Made by a program: the position numbers and the translations under genes. The notes under the pieces were generated by a model that made no database searches, was not told where the DNA came from, and worked only from the letters and a program-made list of their open reading frames with translations. 64,000 bases of DNA. Source: Camelus ferus (Eukaryota). Positions 37,059 to 49,372 of this stretch are shown here, piece after piece. Numbering within the stretch: the first letter of the stretch is position 1; every line of letters begins with the position of its first letter. Location of the stretch: assembly GCF_009834535.1 (NCBI RefSeq), contig NC_045697.1, forward strand, positions 30,382,001 through 30,446,000, read 5' to 3'.

Positions 37059-38639
37059 TTTCACTTATGATGCTTGTCTCTAGAGGTACAGAGATAAAAA
37101 AAGGCATGGACTCACTGTCTAGTTAACTGACAAAGAGTCCTATACACATAATTACAATTCAGTGTAATAATGTGCTTATCAAAAGACATTTAAATGGATT
37201 AATACTAATCATCATCAAAACTAGGCACGCTGATACACTGCTAAGGGGAGTGTGAGTTGGGGCCGTCTATCTGAGACTAAAAAGACAAACAGCTCTTCAG
37301 TCCTCCTAAGTTAATCAAAAACATTAGTGTATCATAAAACCAGGGTGTGAGAATTCCTGAATTAGAATTTTAATTTGAATACTCCTTTTCAAAAGGAGGT
37401 GAGAACCCAAAATTTTAAAGGGAAAACATTGAAGATAAGCTGGTTTCTTTTCATTATTTTTTAACTTACGTTGTTAATACCATTAGACCTCAAAAGTTTC
37501 CCATAGGGATTTCCATCCCTAGTAATAGGGGTATGTGGAACTCCACATGGTGGGATGCTTAATTTTTTGTTTATATAATCTGTAATGCTCTCGGGTCTCA
37601 CGACAGGTTATCATAAAAACAGTATGTTTATCAGAGAAGACTAGGGCAATTGTCCTATAGATTTGGGAAACTGAAAAAGAAATTTAAAAACTGAGCCTTC
37701 ACTTACTGCATTTGCTCAAGTATTTTTGAGTGCCCTGTGTCATGAGGCTACCTCGTAACTACCTATAGGCAGTGGGGGTAGGAAAGTCTCCTCCAGGAAG
37801 TGCCCTTTCGGGTCAGGCACAGAGAGCAGGTGGAGAGTGTTCCGGGGAAGAGAGAAGGAATGTGCACAAAAATACAGTGCCGGTCTTCCGCTGATAGCTC
37901 CGTCTGACTAGGGGGTACAATCTTGTCCTAACAGAAATATCAGGGTGCATTCTCATTTCTAAGAACTGTTCTGAGTGCTCATACAGATTGTCCCTAGTCG
38001 TCAGTACTGAGTGAATTCCATCTTGCTGCATTTCTCCTGGAGCTGGAGAGTCAGAATGGATAGGATCCCCATGCCTATTTTGAAACGCTATCTGTAGTGT
38101 CTCTGGTGGTTCAGTGTATTTCACTTGTCTCCTCAGAAGTGTAGCTTCAAGGTATTGTTTCTTGCTAGAGTTCTGAATTGTGATTTATCTGTTCTTGGTA
38201 GAAATATTAAATAAATCTGAGAAAACTCTAAAACCCATTTTTATTGTAATTTTTCTTATTGAATTCCAGATGTAGCTTTAAGGTGATTTAGTATGTGATG
38301 AAAGGAGAGGCGGCTGGTAAACTCAGATTGAAGCCAATTTAAAATTTTACAGGCAGTTGTATTTGACATAGAATTTCACAGTTTATTCTAAATGGAGAAA
38401 AGTTTGGGCCTCCAGAAGGAAAGAAACAGATGTCACAGCTGTTTCCGCCTCACTTGTCCCATGGGACTTCATTTCTGCCCCTGCCTTGCAGGATTCCTCT
38501 TGGGAACCTTTCCTTCTCTGAAGCCCAAGTTCTGGCTGTGTCCTGAACAAGGGCTTCGTGCTGCAGTGGGACCGCCCCTCAAAGCTTGGCAGTGTTTTCA
38601 GATGAAAGGGGTTCAATCTTCTTATAAATTACTTACTGA

Positions 38640-39050
38640 CTTATTTTTATTGAAGTATAATTGACATATAACATTTATAAGCTTCCAGTGTACAGCAAAT
38701 TATTTGGTATTTGTATAAATTGTGAAATGATCACGAGTTTAGTTAACATCCATCACCATTTATAGTTACAGTATTTTTTGTTGTGATGAGAACTTTTAAG
38801 AATTACTTTCTTAGCAGTTTTTAAATAGGGGATATAGTATTGTTAATTATAGTCACCATGCTGTACATTACATCCCCATGACATTTATTTTATAACCAAA
38901 GTATATACTTTTTGACTTCCTTCACCCATTTCACTGCACACCCCCATGCCCCTGGCAACCACCAATCTGTTCTCTGTTTCAGTAAGTTTGGTTGTTGTTG
39001 GGTTTTTTTTTTAGATTCCGTATATAAGTGATATCATATACTATTTGATA
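38640..39050 (-). mobile_element. L1 3'UTR fragment (L1MA-type)
   Basis: tttattgaagtataattgacatataacatt...cccctggcaaccaccaatctgttctctg...ttagattccgtatataagtgatatcata. Confidence 0.85.
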
Positions 39051-39194
39051 CTATCAACTGAATTTCTCTCAAAGATTTGCATTCCTAAAACTTAACCATA
39101 GAATTAACTTTCTCCTTAATAAAGATAGCCATCGCTGACTATTCTATTCGAAAAGAATTTCCTTACCTTCATTAGTTGTTATTATCTTCGTTAG

Positions 39195-39297
39195 AAACAC
39201 AGCTCTAACTGATCCTGTGAAGAGACAACAAAATTTACAATGCAGTGACAATTGTAAGTTTTGTTGTCTCTTCATAGGATCAGCTAGAGCTATGTTT
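39195..39297. repeat. Inverted repeat: 47-bp arms, 9-nt spacer, 4 mismatches
   Basis: 39195-39241 versus the reverse complement of 39251-39297, aligned by eye. Confidence 0.95.
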
Positions 39298-39462
39298 TTC
39301 AAGTTTTAACCTGCATACAAATCACCTGGGAATCTTGTTAAAATGGAGATTTTTTTGACTCAGTGGGTTTGGACTGAAGCTGAGATTCTGCATTCCCAGC
39401 AAGCTCACAGGTAATGCATTCTAAAGCTGCTCGCCCATGGACCACACTTTGACTATCAAAGA
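39290..39462. mobile_element. MER5-family hAT MITE
   Basis: ctgcatacaaatcacctgggaatcttgttaaaatggagatt...gagattctgcattcccagcaagctc...ggaccacactttga. Confidence 0.8.
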
Positions 39463-40099
39463 CTTAGATTATTTTCAGATGTTGTACATGCAGTTTATTG
39501 GCACATGAATATCTCATCTTTCACAATGAATGTCTTTCTAAAGACATTTGTAGTTACTGTGGTTGTAAAATTGAAACACTTTTTAAAGAAAGATCACTAT
39601 TAATTCTCATAAAGAGTGCACTCTAACATAATCAATTATTGGGAGTAAATCTGGAATTGTATCCAAAGCATAACCATAAAATAATGTCAACAGTATTTTA
39701 AATAAACATTAAAGATCATTTAAGTGTTCCTTTAAAAATAATTCCTTGTGAGGCCATCTTATTCTAACAATGCGACCATCTTTAGGCCGTGTTTGGAACA
39801 CCTGCTTGGTAGTTAACTAGATGGTGACCCATTTGTAAAAACAGGACTGAGCAATAATGGATATCTTCATCTTTTGAGGATAAACTGAATTTGGGGGGAA
39901 GCAATCAAAACTAGTTGGATCCTAGACTGATGAATATGGTGGATGGGTAAGCTGGTTATTATTATTTTAGGTTAAAAAAAAAGGGACTCTGTAATGAAAT
40001 CTATTTCGTGTTTGTGGCTCATCAGCTCATTTTATAGGAGAAGCCTTACAAACAATATGAATCATAAAATAAGCTCATGTCCTTTCAAGGTAATTACTA

Positions 40100-40850
40100 A
40101 TTTGAAGAATAAGGCTTACCTGAAGATACAAATTCTGGTTTCTTGGTTAAGGAGATCAGTCTCATTGTTAAAAAGGGCTTCAAAGTACATGAGGAAAAAC
40201 CGACAGAACCGGAAGGAGAAATGGGTATAAATCCACACAGTGCCCCTCTCACCACCATCAGTGGAAGTAGACTGAGAAATCAGTTAAGTACACAGACGAT
40301 GGTGAACTACACTGTCGGCTAACTCGACCTGTTTGACATTTATAGTACCTTCTGTCCCAACACAGAAATGCACATTCCTTTGAAGGTCACTCGGAATATT
40401 TACCAATAAATACCATATGTTTCACCATAAAACGTGTTTCAATAAAGTTAAAAGGATTTAAATCATACAAAGTATGTTCTTTGACCAAAGTGGAATTGAG
40501 TTATAAAAAAACCCATAAAATGTAGAATTAAAAAATATGACAGCAATGGCACAAAGGACAGGAACGGAGAAATGGAGGTGTGTTGTTGCAGGTTCTTACA
40601 CTATTAACGAAGTGGTTTGCCTTTGTTTCAAGGCAGACTGTGATTAAGTTAGAGATGTGCATTATAAATCGTAGAGCAACTGCTAAAACACGCACACATG
40701 CACACAAAGAGGTATGGCTAGTAAGCCAAGGGTGGAGATAAAATGGAATCATAATAAATACTCAGCAAATCCCAAACAAGTCAATAAACAAGGAACAAAG
40801 TGACAATGAGACAAATAAAAAACAGATAGCAAGATATTAGCTTCAATTCT
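40100..40850 (+). mobile_element. Ancient L1 fragments (ORF2 endonuclease region and inter-ORF-like piece)
   Basis: ttgacatttatagtacc...aaatcatacaaagtatgttctttgaccaaagtggaattgagtta. Confidence 0.65.
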
Positions 40851-41367
40851 TATGTTAAGTCAAAGAGGTAGTTTACAGATAAGGAAACTGAGACTTAGAG
40901 AGCTTTACTAACTTGCTCAAGGTGACACAGCCAGTGTGGACTGGGGCTGGGGTTTCAATTCAGGTCCGTGTCTTCCAAGGTCTCTGCACTTTATTGAATG
41001 CCGAAGTATTGTAGTGTGTGTGTGTGTATGCATCCTAGCTCTCGTTGTGTATAGTATAATTTGAAGAACTAAACTTAGGTCTTCCAACAGCTGTGCATAT
41101 GATTGACATTTAAATTTCTGCATGCCTATATAATAAAATATATTCTCATTTTTCAAATTATGGTCAAGCGTTACAGCATTATTTCTTGAGGGTTTTCCCA
41201 TCTATCTTCACTATCCAGCACAGGTCAGGATACGCCTAGATTCTCTACAGATGAGGGGGTGGGATGACATGGTGTCAGCAACCAGAAGGACTGCAGATGG
41301 GCCCTGCCTCACTGACCATGGTGAGGACAACCTAAATCATTTCCCACAAATCTCCTTCAAATCTTTA

Positions 41368-41510
41368 TTATTGTATTATTTTTAATTTTTTTTTGGGGGG
41401 GGGCGGAGGTAATTAGGTTTATTTATTTTTAGAGGAGGTGCTGGGGATTGAACCCAGGACCTTGTGCATGCTAAGCATGTGCTCTACCACTTGAGCTACA
41501 CCCTCCCCCT
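41368..41510 (-). mobile_element. Full-length Vic-1-like SINE with perfect 15-bp TSD
   Basis: gaggtgctggggattgaacccaggaccttgtgcatgctaagcatgtgctctaccacttgagctacaccctcccc; TSD tccttcaaatcttta at 41353-41367 and 41511-41525. Confidence 0.95.
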
Positions 41511-42939
41511 TCCTTCAAATCTTTAAAAGCTTTTTGCTGTGTTCATCATCTATGTACATACACGTATATGAGCACAGTACACCAACACATAAAAAAATAT
41601 TTTGGCAGTCCATACAATATGCAAGTTTCTGTGGTAGGCAAAAGATCTGAAAAGGTGAGAAAAATAATTATGTCCCCCAATATCATAGAGCTAAAAGTCT
41701 CATGAGGCACAAAAACTTCACACAAAGAATCACACAAATGTATAATTATAATATTGCCATAGGTGCTATGAAAGCAGCAGGATACTGTGACAGAAGACAG
41801 GATGACCTATTTGCAGGTCATCAATGGAAATAGCTATTTTTTTCTTTTCCAAACATATCGAAGACTTTGACTCTGTTACAAAGCCACCAAGCTAGAAGTT
41901 GACAGTAAGTAAGATAGTTTAGTAATAAAACAATTCTTTCAACTTCAGCATGCTTGGAGCCACATGACATGTTTTTAATGGAGTCTCTCGAGTAGGAAGA
42001 ACTGTCACCCGCAATTATTTTGAAAGTTATTCATCCTTTTCTTGCCAATCTGTGAAAAGAATGATGGTTTTTAAGAATAAAGATTTAACTGGGAATCTTT
42101 CATTACAACACATGCTATAATCACGGGACTTCAGAAGAAAGCTCTTCACTTTTAGCAGCCCATTTAAAAATGTGTGCGGATGATTTATAAAGAGCAGTAA
42201 AATACATTGTAATGGATGTAGCCTGCAGAGTGAGGGGCACACCCAGAACCTGCAGCCTTCATCCTGAGCTGTGTCCTGGGGAAACTGAGCCAGGCACGGT
42301 TCTGGGAGACCCCACTTCCCTGTCTCAACAAGACCACATCTCGCAGCAGCAGCTAGTTCTGATTCTCTCCAACCAGAGCTCACTAGCTGGAGTCCAGCGA
42401 CCAGGTGCAGCTGATGTGAAAGGTGCTCAGTGTCATCCTGAAAAGACCACAATACTGTTTCCTTCGTATCCCATCTTCTTCCTGGTGACAGGGAGCAGGA
42501 CCCCCAAGGGCAGACCCAGGACTGACCACCTGCATAGGGCTTAGCACATGCTGAAGACTCCGTAAATGCTTAAAAAAGAAAAAGGAATGTAAAATAAAAT
42601 TGGGTGTTTGACTTCAGAGAGCTCCAAAGGGAGATGGAAATAAAATCAGTTTTTGTTAGTTGTTGGGTAAGAAGCGGAGCAGGAAGGGACAGAAACAATG
42701 ATTTTAAAGGTTTTACAAAAGCGCTGGATCAGTATCTGGGTGACTTGTTTGTAAAGGTTGCTTTATTTTAGGAACAAAATTTAAGTGACCAGCTTTTAAA
42801 CATTCTCCCCAAGTATCTTCCTGGTTAGACACTTAGTACCTGGGCGACAGAAACACCTGCTTCTTGAACAGATGTCACTGCATAGACCAAAGGCACTCAA
42901 ACAATTGCATTTGCTTTTCGGATTAAAGGGGAGCAGAGA

Positions 42940-43040
42940 GTGGGGGGCGGTGGTGGCGCCCAGAACCAGGGGAGAATGACGTGGGTGGCGGAGTCTGCAG
43001 GGCGTGCCTGCCTGCGATGTAAACGCGCAGGCGCGTCTGC
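42940..43040. promoter_or_regulatory. Candidate intergenic cis-element (GC box, CRE half-site, NRF1-like motif)
   Basis: Local CpG cluster: GGGGGCGG (~42943), TGACGT (42977-42982), CGCGCAGGCGCG (43024-43035). Confidence 0.4.
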
Positions 43041-45734
43041 TTAACGGAATGGGAAGGATTGCTTCTAGTCCAGAATGATTGTCTTTAAAAAAATGTTTCC
43101 TTATAAATATTTTTATTAATAGACCATAAAGTTTTGAGTATTAAAGAACCCGCCAGATTAAGGCTTGCATCATTTTGAGAAGGCATGTGAGTTAATTTTT
43201 AGGGCGTGTTGGGGAGTAAAGCTGCTTTGTTTCAATATGACTGTAGCACAATGCTTTTTTTATAAGGGAATTTTCATTTTTGGAACAGGTTCATCCATTT
43301 GTCTTTCTGATAACCTCTTTCTAACTAATGATTTGGGCATTTCATTTTAATATTTTAGAGCAATTCATTTTACTCCACAGCCTTTCTATGTAGCCAACAA
43401 ATACTACACGAAGAAACAAAAAGCTGTAAGATATGCTGTCAGGGAAAGCGATTTTGAGCAGAGGAGAAGGTTCTTGATTAGGAGTTCTTAACACGGGGAC
43501 CATGGATAAGCTTTAGGGGATTCAAGAACCCCTTCGAATTTCCTGAACAGCCTGCGTGTATGCTCATGTAGGGAGAGTCCCTAGTTTTTATACGATTTTC
43601 AGAGTGGTCTTGACCCAAAGGAGTTATGAATGTGAGTCAAGACAGACCAAGTTATGCTGCAGTAACAAATTAACCTTGAGACCCCAGTAGCTTGAAGCCA
43701 GAGTTGCTTCTCTCTTCCTAAATTACTTCCTGTTCCAACTCTTGTCAGACAACAGATATTTGTTCAGAGCTAATTCTGCTCAAAAGCTCCTAACTAGGAC
43801 CTCCAAGAGAGAGGGGTCAGGTCCCCTGGACATCACATGTCTTTATCTTTGGACAAGGTCCTCACTTCTCCTTATCCATTAAGATTCTTATCCTCACTGC
43901 AGACAAAGAGGGGACAGAATCCTGGTGGGCAAGTGAAGGTTGAGGAAATAGATTCCAGATACATAAACTGGAATGAATAGTTTGAAACGTTTTTGTTAGT
44001 GTTGGGGGTGGGTGGGTGGAATAGGTGGCAGGAAGGGGTAAAGGAGATTTCTTATTTCTGGGATTAGCTGTTGAATACTACAATTTATGTTCTAGGAAGC
44101 ATTCGAATATACTTATCCATACTTCATCTATTTCCAGGTAAAAATAGCTTATAAGAATAAAGCACGGTGACAATAAACTTTCAAACCTAAATGCAAAGAC
44201 AAGAACAGAAAAAGATGGCTGAGGGTGGTAGAGAATAAGCAGACCAGAAACCTGAGCTAAGGGAAGCTGCAATTGAGATATAAATTAACATTCGGCTTCC
44301 TGGCAGCCAAGGGAAAAAGCGAAACACACCAGTAAGAAATTTGGACACATAGTTGTAAAAATCTTATAGTTCTAGGGGACTGTATTATTTTGATATTCAT
44401 TTTGGCATGGCTAGTAAATACCTGCCTGAATTTGAGCAAGATACTAGAGAGTTCTGGGCCTTACTTTCCCATAAGTGATAGCAATTGCCTGATGAATTAG
44501 AAGATCTCTAAATTCCTTCTATCCATAATTTCTCAATTATTAATGAAACTTCTGAGAAATGGCTTCTTTTATATTTTTCATCAGGATTATACATGTCTTC
44601 ATTAAACAAATGTTTATAGTTCCCTGTAGATTCACGAGATTTTCTCCCATTAAGTATCCAGAGAAATGTGACAGAATTCCCCAATTTTTATGAATTTTTA
44701 AGCTAACATATAGTTCACATGTCACGTGCCTAATTTTGGCTTTGACATTCTTCTGTAGTCACAGAAAAAAAAATATCCAAAAATACACCAAAAATAAATA
44801 ATAATTATTAAGCACAAAATGTTAATAGAAAACCCAGCACAAGCCACAATTAAACACAATTATTATGTTTTTAAAAGTGAGTTGAAAATGCTTCTATGTT
44901 GCCAGGAAGGAGGAAGAATCCTTGTTATTGGCACCAAAAAGGAGACAGACTAGAAGACATTTCTCCCTGTTCCTCATATCTCGACATGGCTTGAATTTCT
45001 TTTTAGAATCTGGCAGAAATTGAGGAATGTTTAAACTTCACTTATTGCTGGGAAGTGGACTCTAGCTTTTAAAAATGTTTATAGTTACGTGTTCTGATAC
45101 CTCTGCTTCTATCTAACTACAGAGCTTACTGCTCACTAAATTTCATTTTCATTAGTGGTATTCTAAACTATTCTTGTGCCCTGATGAATTTTAATTTTTA
45201 ATAGTAAAGAAGGTAAAAAAACTCAGGATCAGTCTAGTCCCTAATGCTTGTTAGATGAGAATGTTTATCTGAAAACTGTATTTCAAAACCACGGTTGAAA
45301 CTGATTTATTAAAATTTTGACAACTGATGAGTACAAGCTTCAAGATGTTCTATTTTGATGTATCTCATCCCACCTTATTCATTTATCTAGTCCTTCATTC
45401 GTTCACTCATTCACTTATAGAAGCAAGCATGTTTCTTAAACATCGGGACCGGTGAACACAGGACTGCTGACGGAGGCACTGAGACTGTGTCTATGGGGCT
45501 CAGGACTGAATCAGAACCAAGACTCACCTGGGACCCAGGAGTTGCACCAATGTTCATCTGGGCGTTTTTTTCAGGATTTTGAGCAGCAGTCTGCTCGGGC
45601 CAAATTGAGATGAATTATAGTTTGATCAGCCAGAGCTGGGTAGACTTAAGAAGTAGTTACAGACTTACGTAGTTACTGTTTTATCAGCCTCATCGCAACT
45701 TTTTTCTCAAAGCCTTCAAAGATCAGTTTTATTA

Positions 45735-45960
45735 GAGTGGGTGAAACACGGGCTTCTCACCTGCAGTTGGACTGCCTGGATTGGCATCTTGGCTTCACTG
45801 CTTTGCCAGGACTAGCTCTGTGACCTTGGGCCCATGTCTCTAAGCATCAGTTTACTCATCTGTAGAGCGGGGACAGTATTACTGTTTACCTTATAGCTTG
45901 TTAAGAAGAGTCATTGCAATAATGATGGTAAAGCATTAAACTACTGACTTACTACTCAAA
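45735..45960. mobile_element. MIR SINE
   Basis: ctagctctgtgaccttgggc...ctctaagcatcagtttactcatctgtaga. Confidence 0.75.
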
Positions 45961-46054
45961 TTGTTAAGAATGAAGAAGTCATTTATGTAAAGAAGTCAAC
46001 TCTCAGGATTTCAGTGAAGCGGAACCAAAGACATCTTTGAACTATCCAATTCAT

Positions 46055-46525
46055 CCCCATTATCAGTTGTGCCCAATTCCCTCCCTTTCGTCCTTCTCCC
46101 CCTTGCTCTGTAGGGGGCCGACCCGTATGGACGTCAATGGGCTCTTCTGCCCTCTGGTTTCCAGTTGCTTTCAGCTAGAGGGGAGCAGCTGAAGGAGGCA
46201 GAAGGGAGGAAGAGGTCAGGCACTGATTCTTCTGGCTCCCTCCCTGCAGGCTCTGCAAAGTCTAACCATGTTTCCTTACATGGAGATCACATTTCCCTGC
46301 AGGGAGCCCCCTCCACACACAGCCCTCTCTAGTTCCACTGCCACCAACCGCTCACTCACCGCGCCTCTTCGGGTCAATGACAGTGCTGGGTCTGGAGACT
46401 ACACTCCCTGTTGGAGTTCCGGGCCTCTCTGCTCACACCTTTGTATCAAGTGTTTTTTTTTTTTTTTTAATCAAACTCTTCTCAGATTGACTGTGCTGTT
46501 TCCTGACAGTCGAGCTGAAATACCA
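46055..46525. mobile_element. LTR33-like ERVL solo LTR
   Basis: tcaatgggctcttctgccctctggtttccagttg...ctggctccctccctgcagg...tcaaactcttctcagatt. Confidence 0.7.
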
Positions 46526-47059
46526 GGTGTGTATTACTAAGATGGTGTCCATGTGAGGTCTGAACAACAGCCTTAAGGGAGAGATGGAGAAAGGGAGAGA
46601 GAAAGAATGATTCCATCAGTACTGGGAGCACACAAACCAAACATGGATAATTCTTTCCCTGAACTGGCATGTACTTTGGCTGAGATGCTCAAATTGAACC
46701 GTCATTTTTTTTTTTTTTTTGAACTGTCTTGATATGATAGAGACACTCAGTGGCATTTGCTTTCTCATTTTATGCCTGGTTCAGCATTTTAAATACAGCT
46801 TTATTGGGGGAATACGTTGCTCAGTGGAACTTGGGATTTTCTCATAATTCATAATGGTCTTGGTCATTTTTCTCCAAATGGTTACTCAGCCATTGGCTGT
46901 GTAGCTTCTGTCCTTGGGACACAGTACATGACGCAGTGCCAGACACATCAGGCTCTCAGTCAATATATTGCATGAATGTATAATCAACTTTAAAGGGATT
47001 GTATCATAATATACCTGTTCCTTAATTTACGTAAACTGTGTACTGAGCAGCATTCTAGT

Positions 47060-48510
47060 GACTATTCTGGACATTTCATGTATGTGGAACCATGCAGTAC
47101 GTAGTAGCCTTTCTGGTCTGGCTTCTTTCATCTAGCATGAAGTTTTCAAGGTTCATTCATGTTGTAGTACATATCAGTATTTCATTCCTTTTTTGTGGCT
47201 GAACAATAATACTCCATTCTGTAGACACAAACCACATTTTGTTTATCCATTCATCAACTGATGGACATTTGGATCGATTACACTTTTTGGCAGCACCAAT
47301 AAAGCTCTTATTAACATCTGAGTACAAGTTTTTGTGTAGGCATGTTTTCAATTCTCTTGGGTATACACCTATGAGTGGAAGTGATAACTCTATATAATTT
47401 TTTAAGGATATGCCAAACTGTTTTTCAAACTGATTGCACCATTTTACATTCATTCTTATCAACAATGTATGAAGGTTTCAACCTCTCCATATCCTAGCTG
47501 ATAAATTTATCTTTTTCATTTTAGCTATCCTAATGAATTGGTATTTCCCTGTGGTTTAATTTGCATTTCCCTAATGACTAATGATTTTGAGCATCTTTTC
47601 ATATGCCATTTGTGTATCTTTCTTTGAGAACATATATTCAGATCCCTTGCACACTTTTAATTAGGCTACTTGTTTATTATTGAGTTGTAAGAGATCTATA
47701 TACACTGGCTACAAGTCTCTTATCAGATATATAATTTGCAAATATTTTCTCCCATTCTATGAGTTATCTTTTTGTTCTTCATGTTGTTCTTGGAAGCACA
47801 AAAGGTTTTCATTTTGATGAAATACAATTTATCCTTTTTTGTCGTTGCTCATGTTTTGGGCGTCTTCTTGAAGAAACCATCACCTGATCCAAGATCATGA
47901 AGATTTATTCCTATTTTTTCTTCTAAAAGTTTTATAATTTCAGCTCTTACTTGTAGGTCTGTGATCTACTTTGAATTATTTTTGCATATGGTGTAAGGTA
48001 GGGGTCCAATTTCATTCTTCTGGTTGTGGATATCCTATTGTCCCAGGGTCATTTGCTAAAAAGTTGATTCTTTCCCCATTGAATTGTCTTGGCATCCTTG
48101 TTAAAAATCAATTGACCACAAATGTAAGGATTTTTGTTGGCTGTCTGGGTTCCTTGTATTTCCTTAAGAATTTTAGGATCAGCTTGTCAATTTCTGCAGA
48201 GAAGTCACCTGAGATTTAGATAGGAATTGCAATGGAGCTGTAGGTCAATCTGGGGAGTATTGCCATCTTAACAATATCGATTCTCCCACTCCATTATCAT
48301 GGGATGTCTTCTCATTATTTAGATGTTTTAAACTTTCTTTCAGTTGTATGTTGTAGTTAGCCATGTGTAAGTCTAGCACTTATTTTGCTAAACTTATTCC
48401 TAAGCATTTTATTCTTTCTGATGTTTTTGCTGGTGTTGAGATGTACAACTGATTCTGGTATATCAATCCTGTATCCTGCAACCTTGCTGAATTTGTTCCT
48501 AATACTTTTT
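47060..48510 (-). mobile_element. L1 (L1MB/MC-type) ORF2 3' part plus 3'UTR, degenerate
   Basis: ORF 47157..47465(-) contains GVYPRELKT...KCPSVDEWINKMW; ORF 48357..48545(-) contains NKFSKVAGYRID; both are L1 ORF2 signatures. Confidence 0.9.
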
Positions 48511-49366
48511 TGACCTGTAGCTTTACCCTGTGGGTTCTGCTGCAAAATATTAAAAAAAAAAAAAAAAAAAAACCCAAGGTACTAATAATCCTCTTTTAAT
48601 GCTTTAGAACAATAAAATAATTTAAATTTCATTTTAATTGATATCCCAATTCAAACCCAAATTATTTGGACTAAATTATTGCTTTTTTCTTCCAAAATTA
48701 CTGGTTAGAACATTGCATATTCTAGTGCAAAAATAAAACATCTATTTTTCCTAAAATGAGAAAATGTGTTTTGTCTTAGTTTTTACCTACTCTGATATAT
48801 GAATGATATTTATTCAATTTCTCTGTTCAATAATGGTTGACAGTAGATTTATTTTATGCAATAAGTAGAAACGCGGAGCAAAAACTATGCTACCTTATTT
48901 AGTCATAGCTACTTACTTCGCTTTTGCACTCAGATCACTGTTCAAAAACCACCAATAATCAACATCTGTTCATTGTTAAGTCATGAGTAGCAGCTGTAGG
49001 GGTCTTTCTCTCCCTGATAGGATGGAACTATGAGTAGGAAGCATGTGTGTTTGAAGTGTGAATATACAAAATACTGGATGGAAATCTTGGATTATATGTC
49101 ACCCTTAGATCATCTCTGGTTGTCCCTTTGATTCACTAGATCACATGGATTTTTCTGGGTGGTTTTTGGTCAGTTCCCTGACATAACTGAGTATCTTTTT
49201 ATTTGGGTACTAAGCATAAAATTTTCTTGGCATTCAGATACAAGAGAAAAGCCTTAGCATTAGGGAGAAAAACAGTTCTGTTAAAAAAAAAACCCCCAAA
49301 AAGCGTCTTGAATGAATTACAAAAAGATGCAAAAAGCAAGCTACAACACTTAACAGAGACTTGACA

Positions 49367-49372
49367 TTTATT
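49367..49372 (-). terminator. BEND4 poly(A) signal AATAAA
   Basis: Plus-strand TTTATT; on the minus strand it is followed by tgtcaagtctctgttaagtgttgtagcttgctttttgcatcttttt (GU/U-rich downstream element). Alternatives at 49635-49640 and 49198-49203. Confidence 0.7.

Noticed and set aside
41430..41510. tRNA-Ala(AGC)-like sequence
   Set aside because: It is the head of a SINE with A-rich tail and TSD, present in several diverged copies; not a tRNA gene.
42027..42544. Overlapping 141-aa (-) and 110-aa (+) ORFs
   Set aside because: No recognisable homology or convincing exon structure; expected in locally GC-richer sequence.
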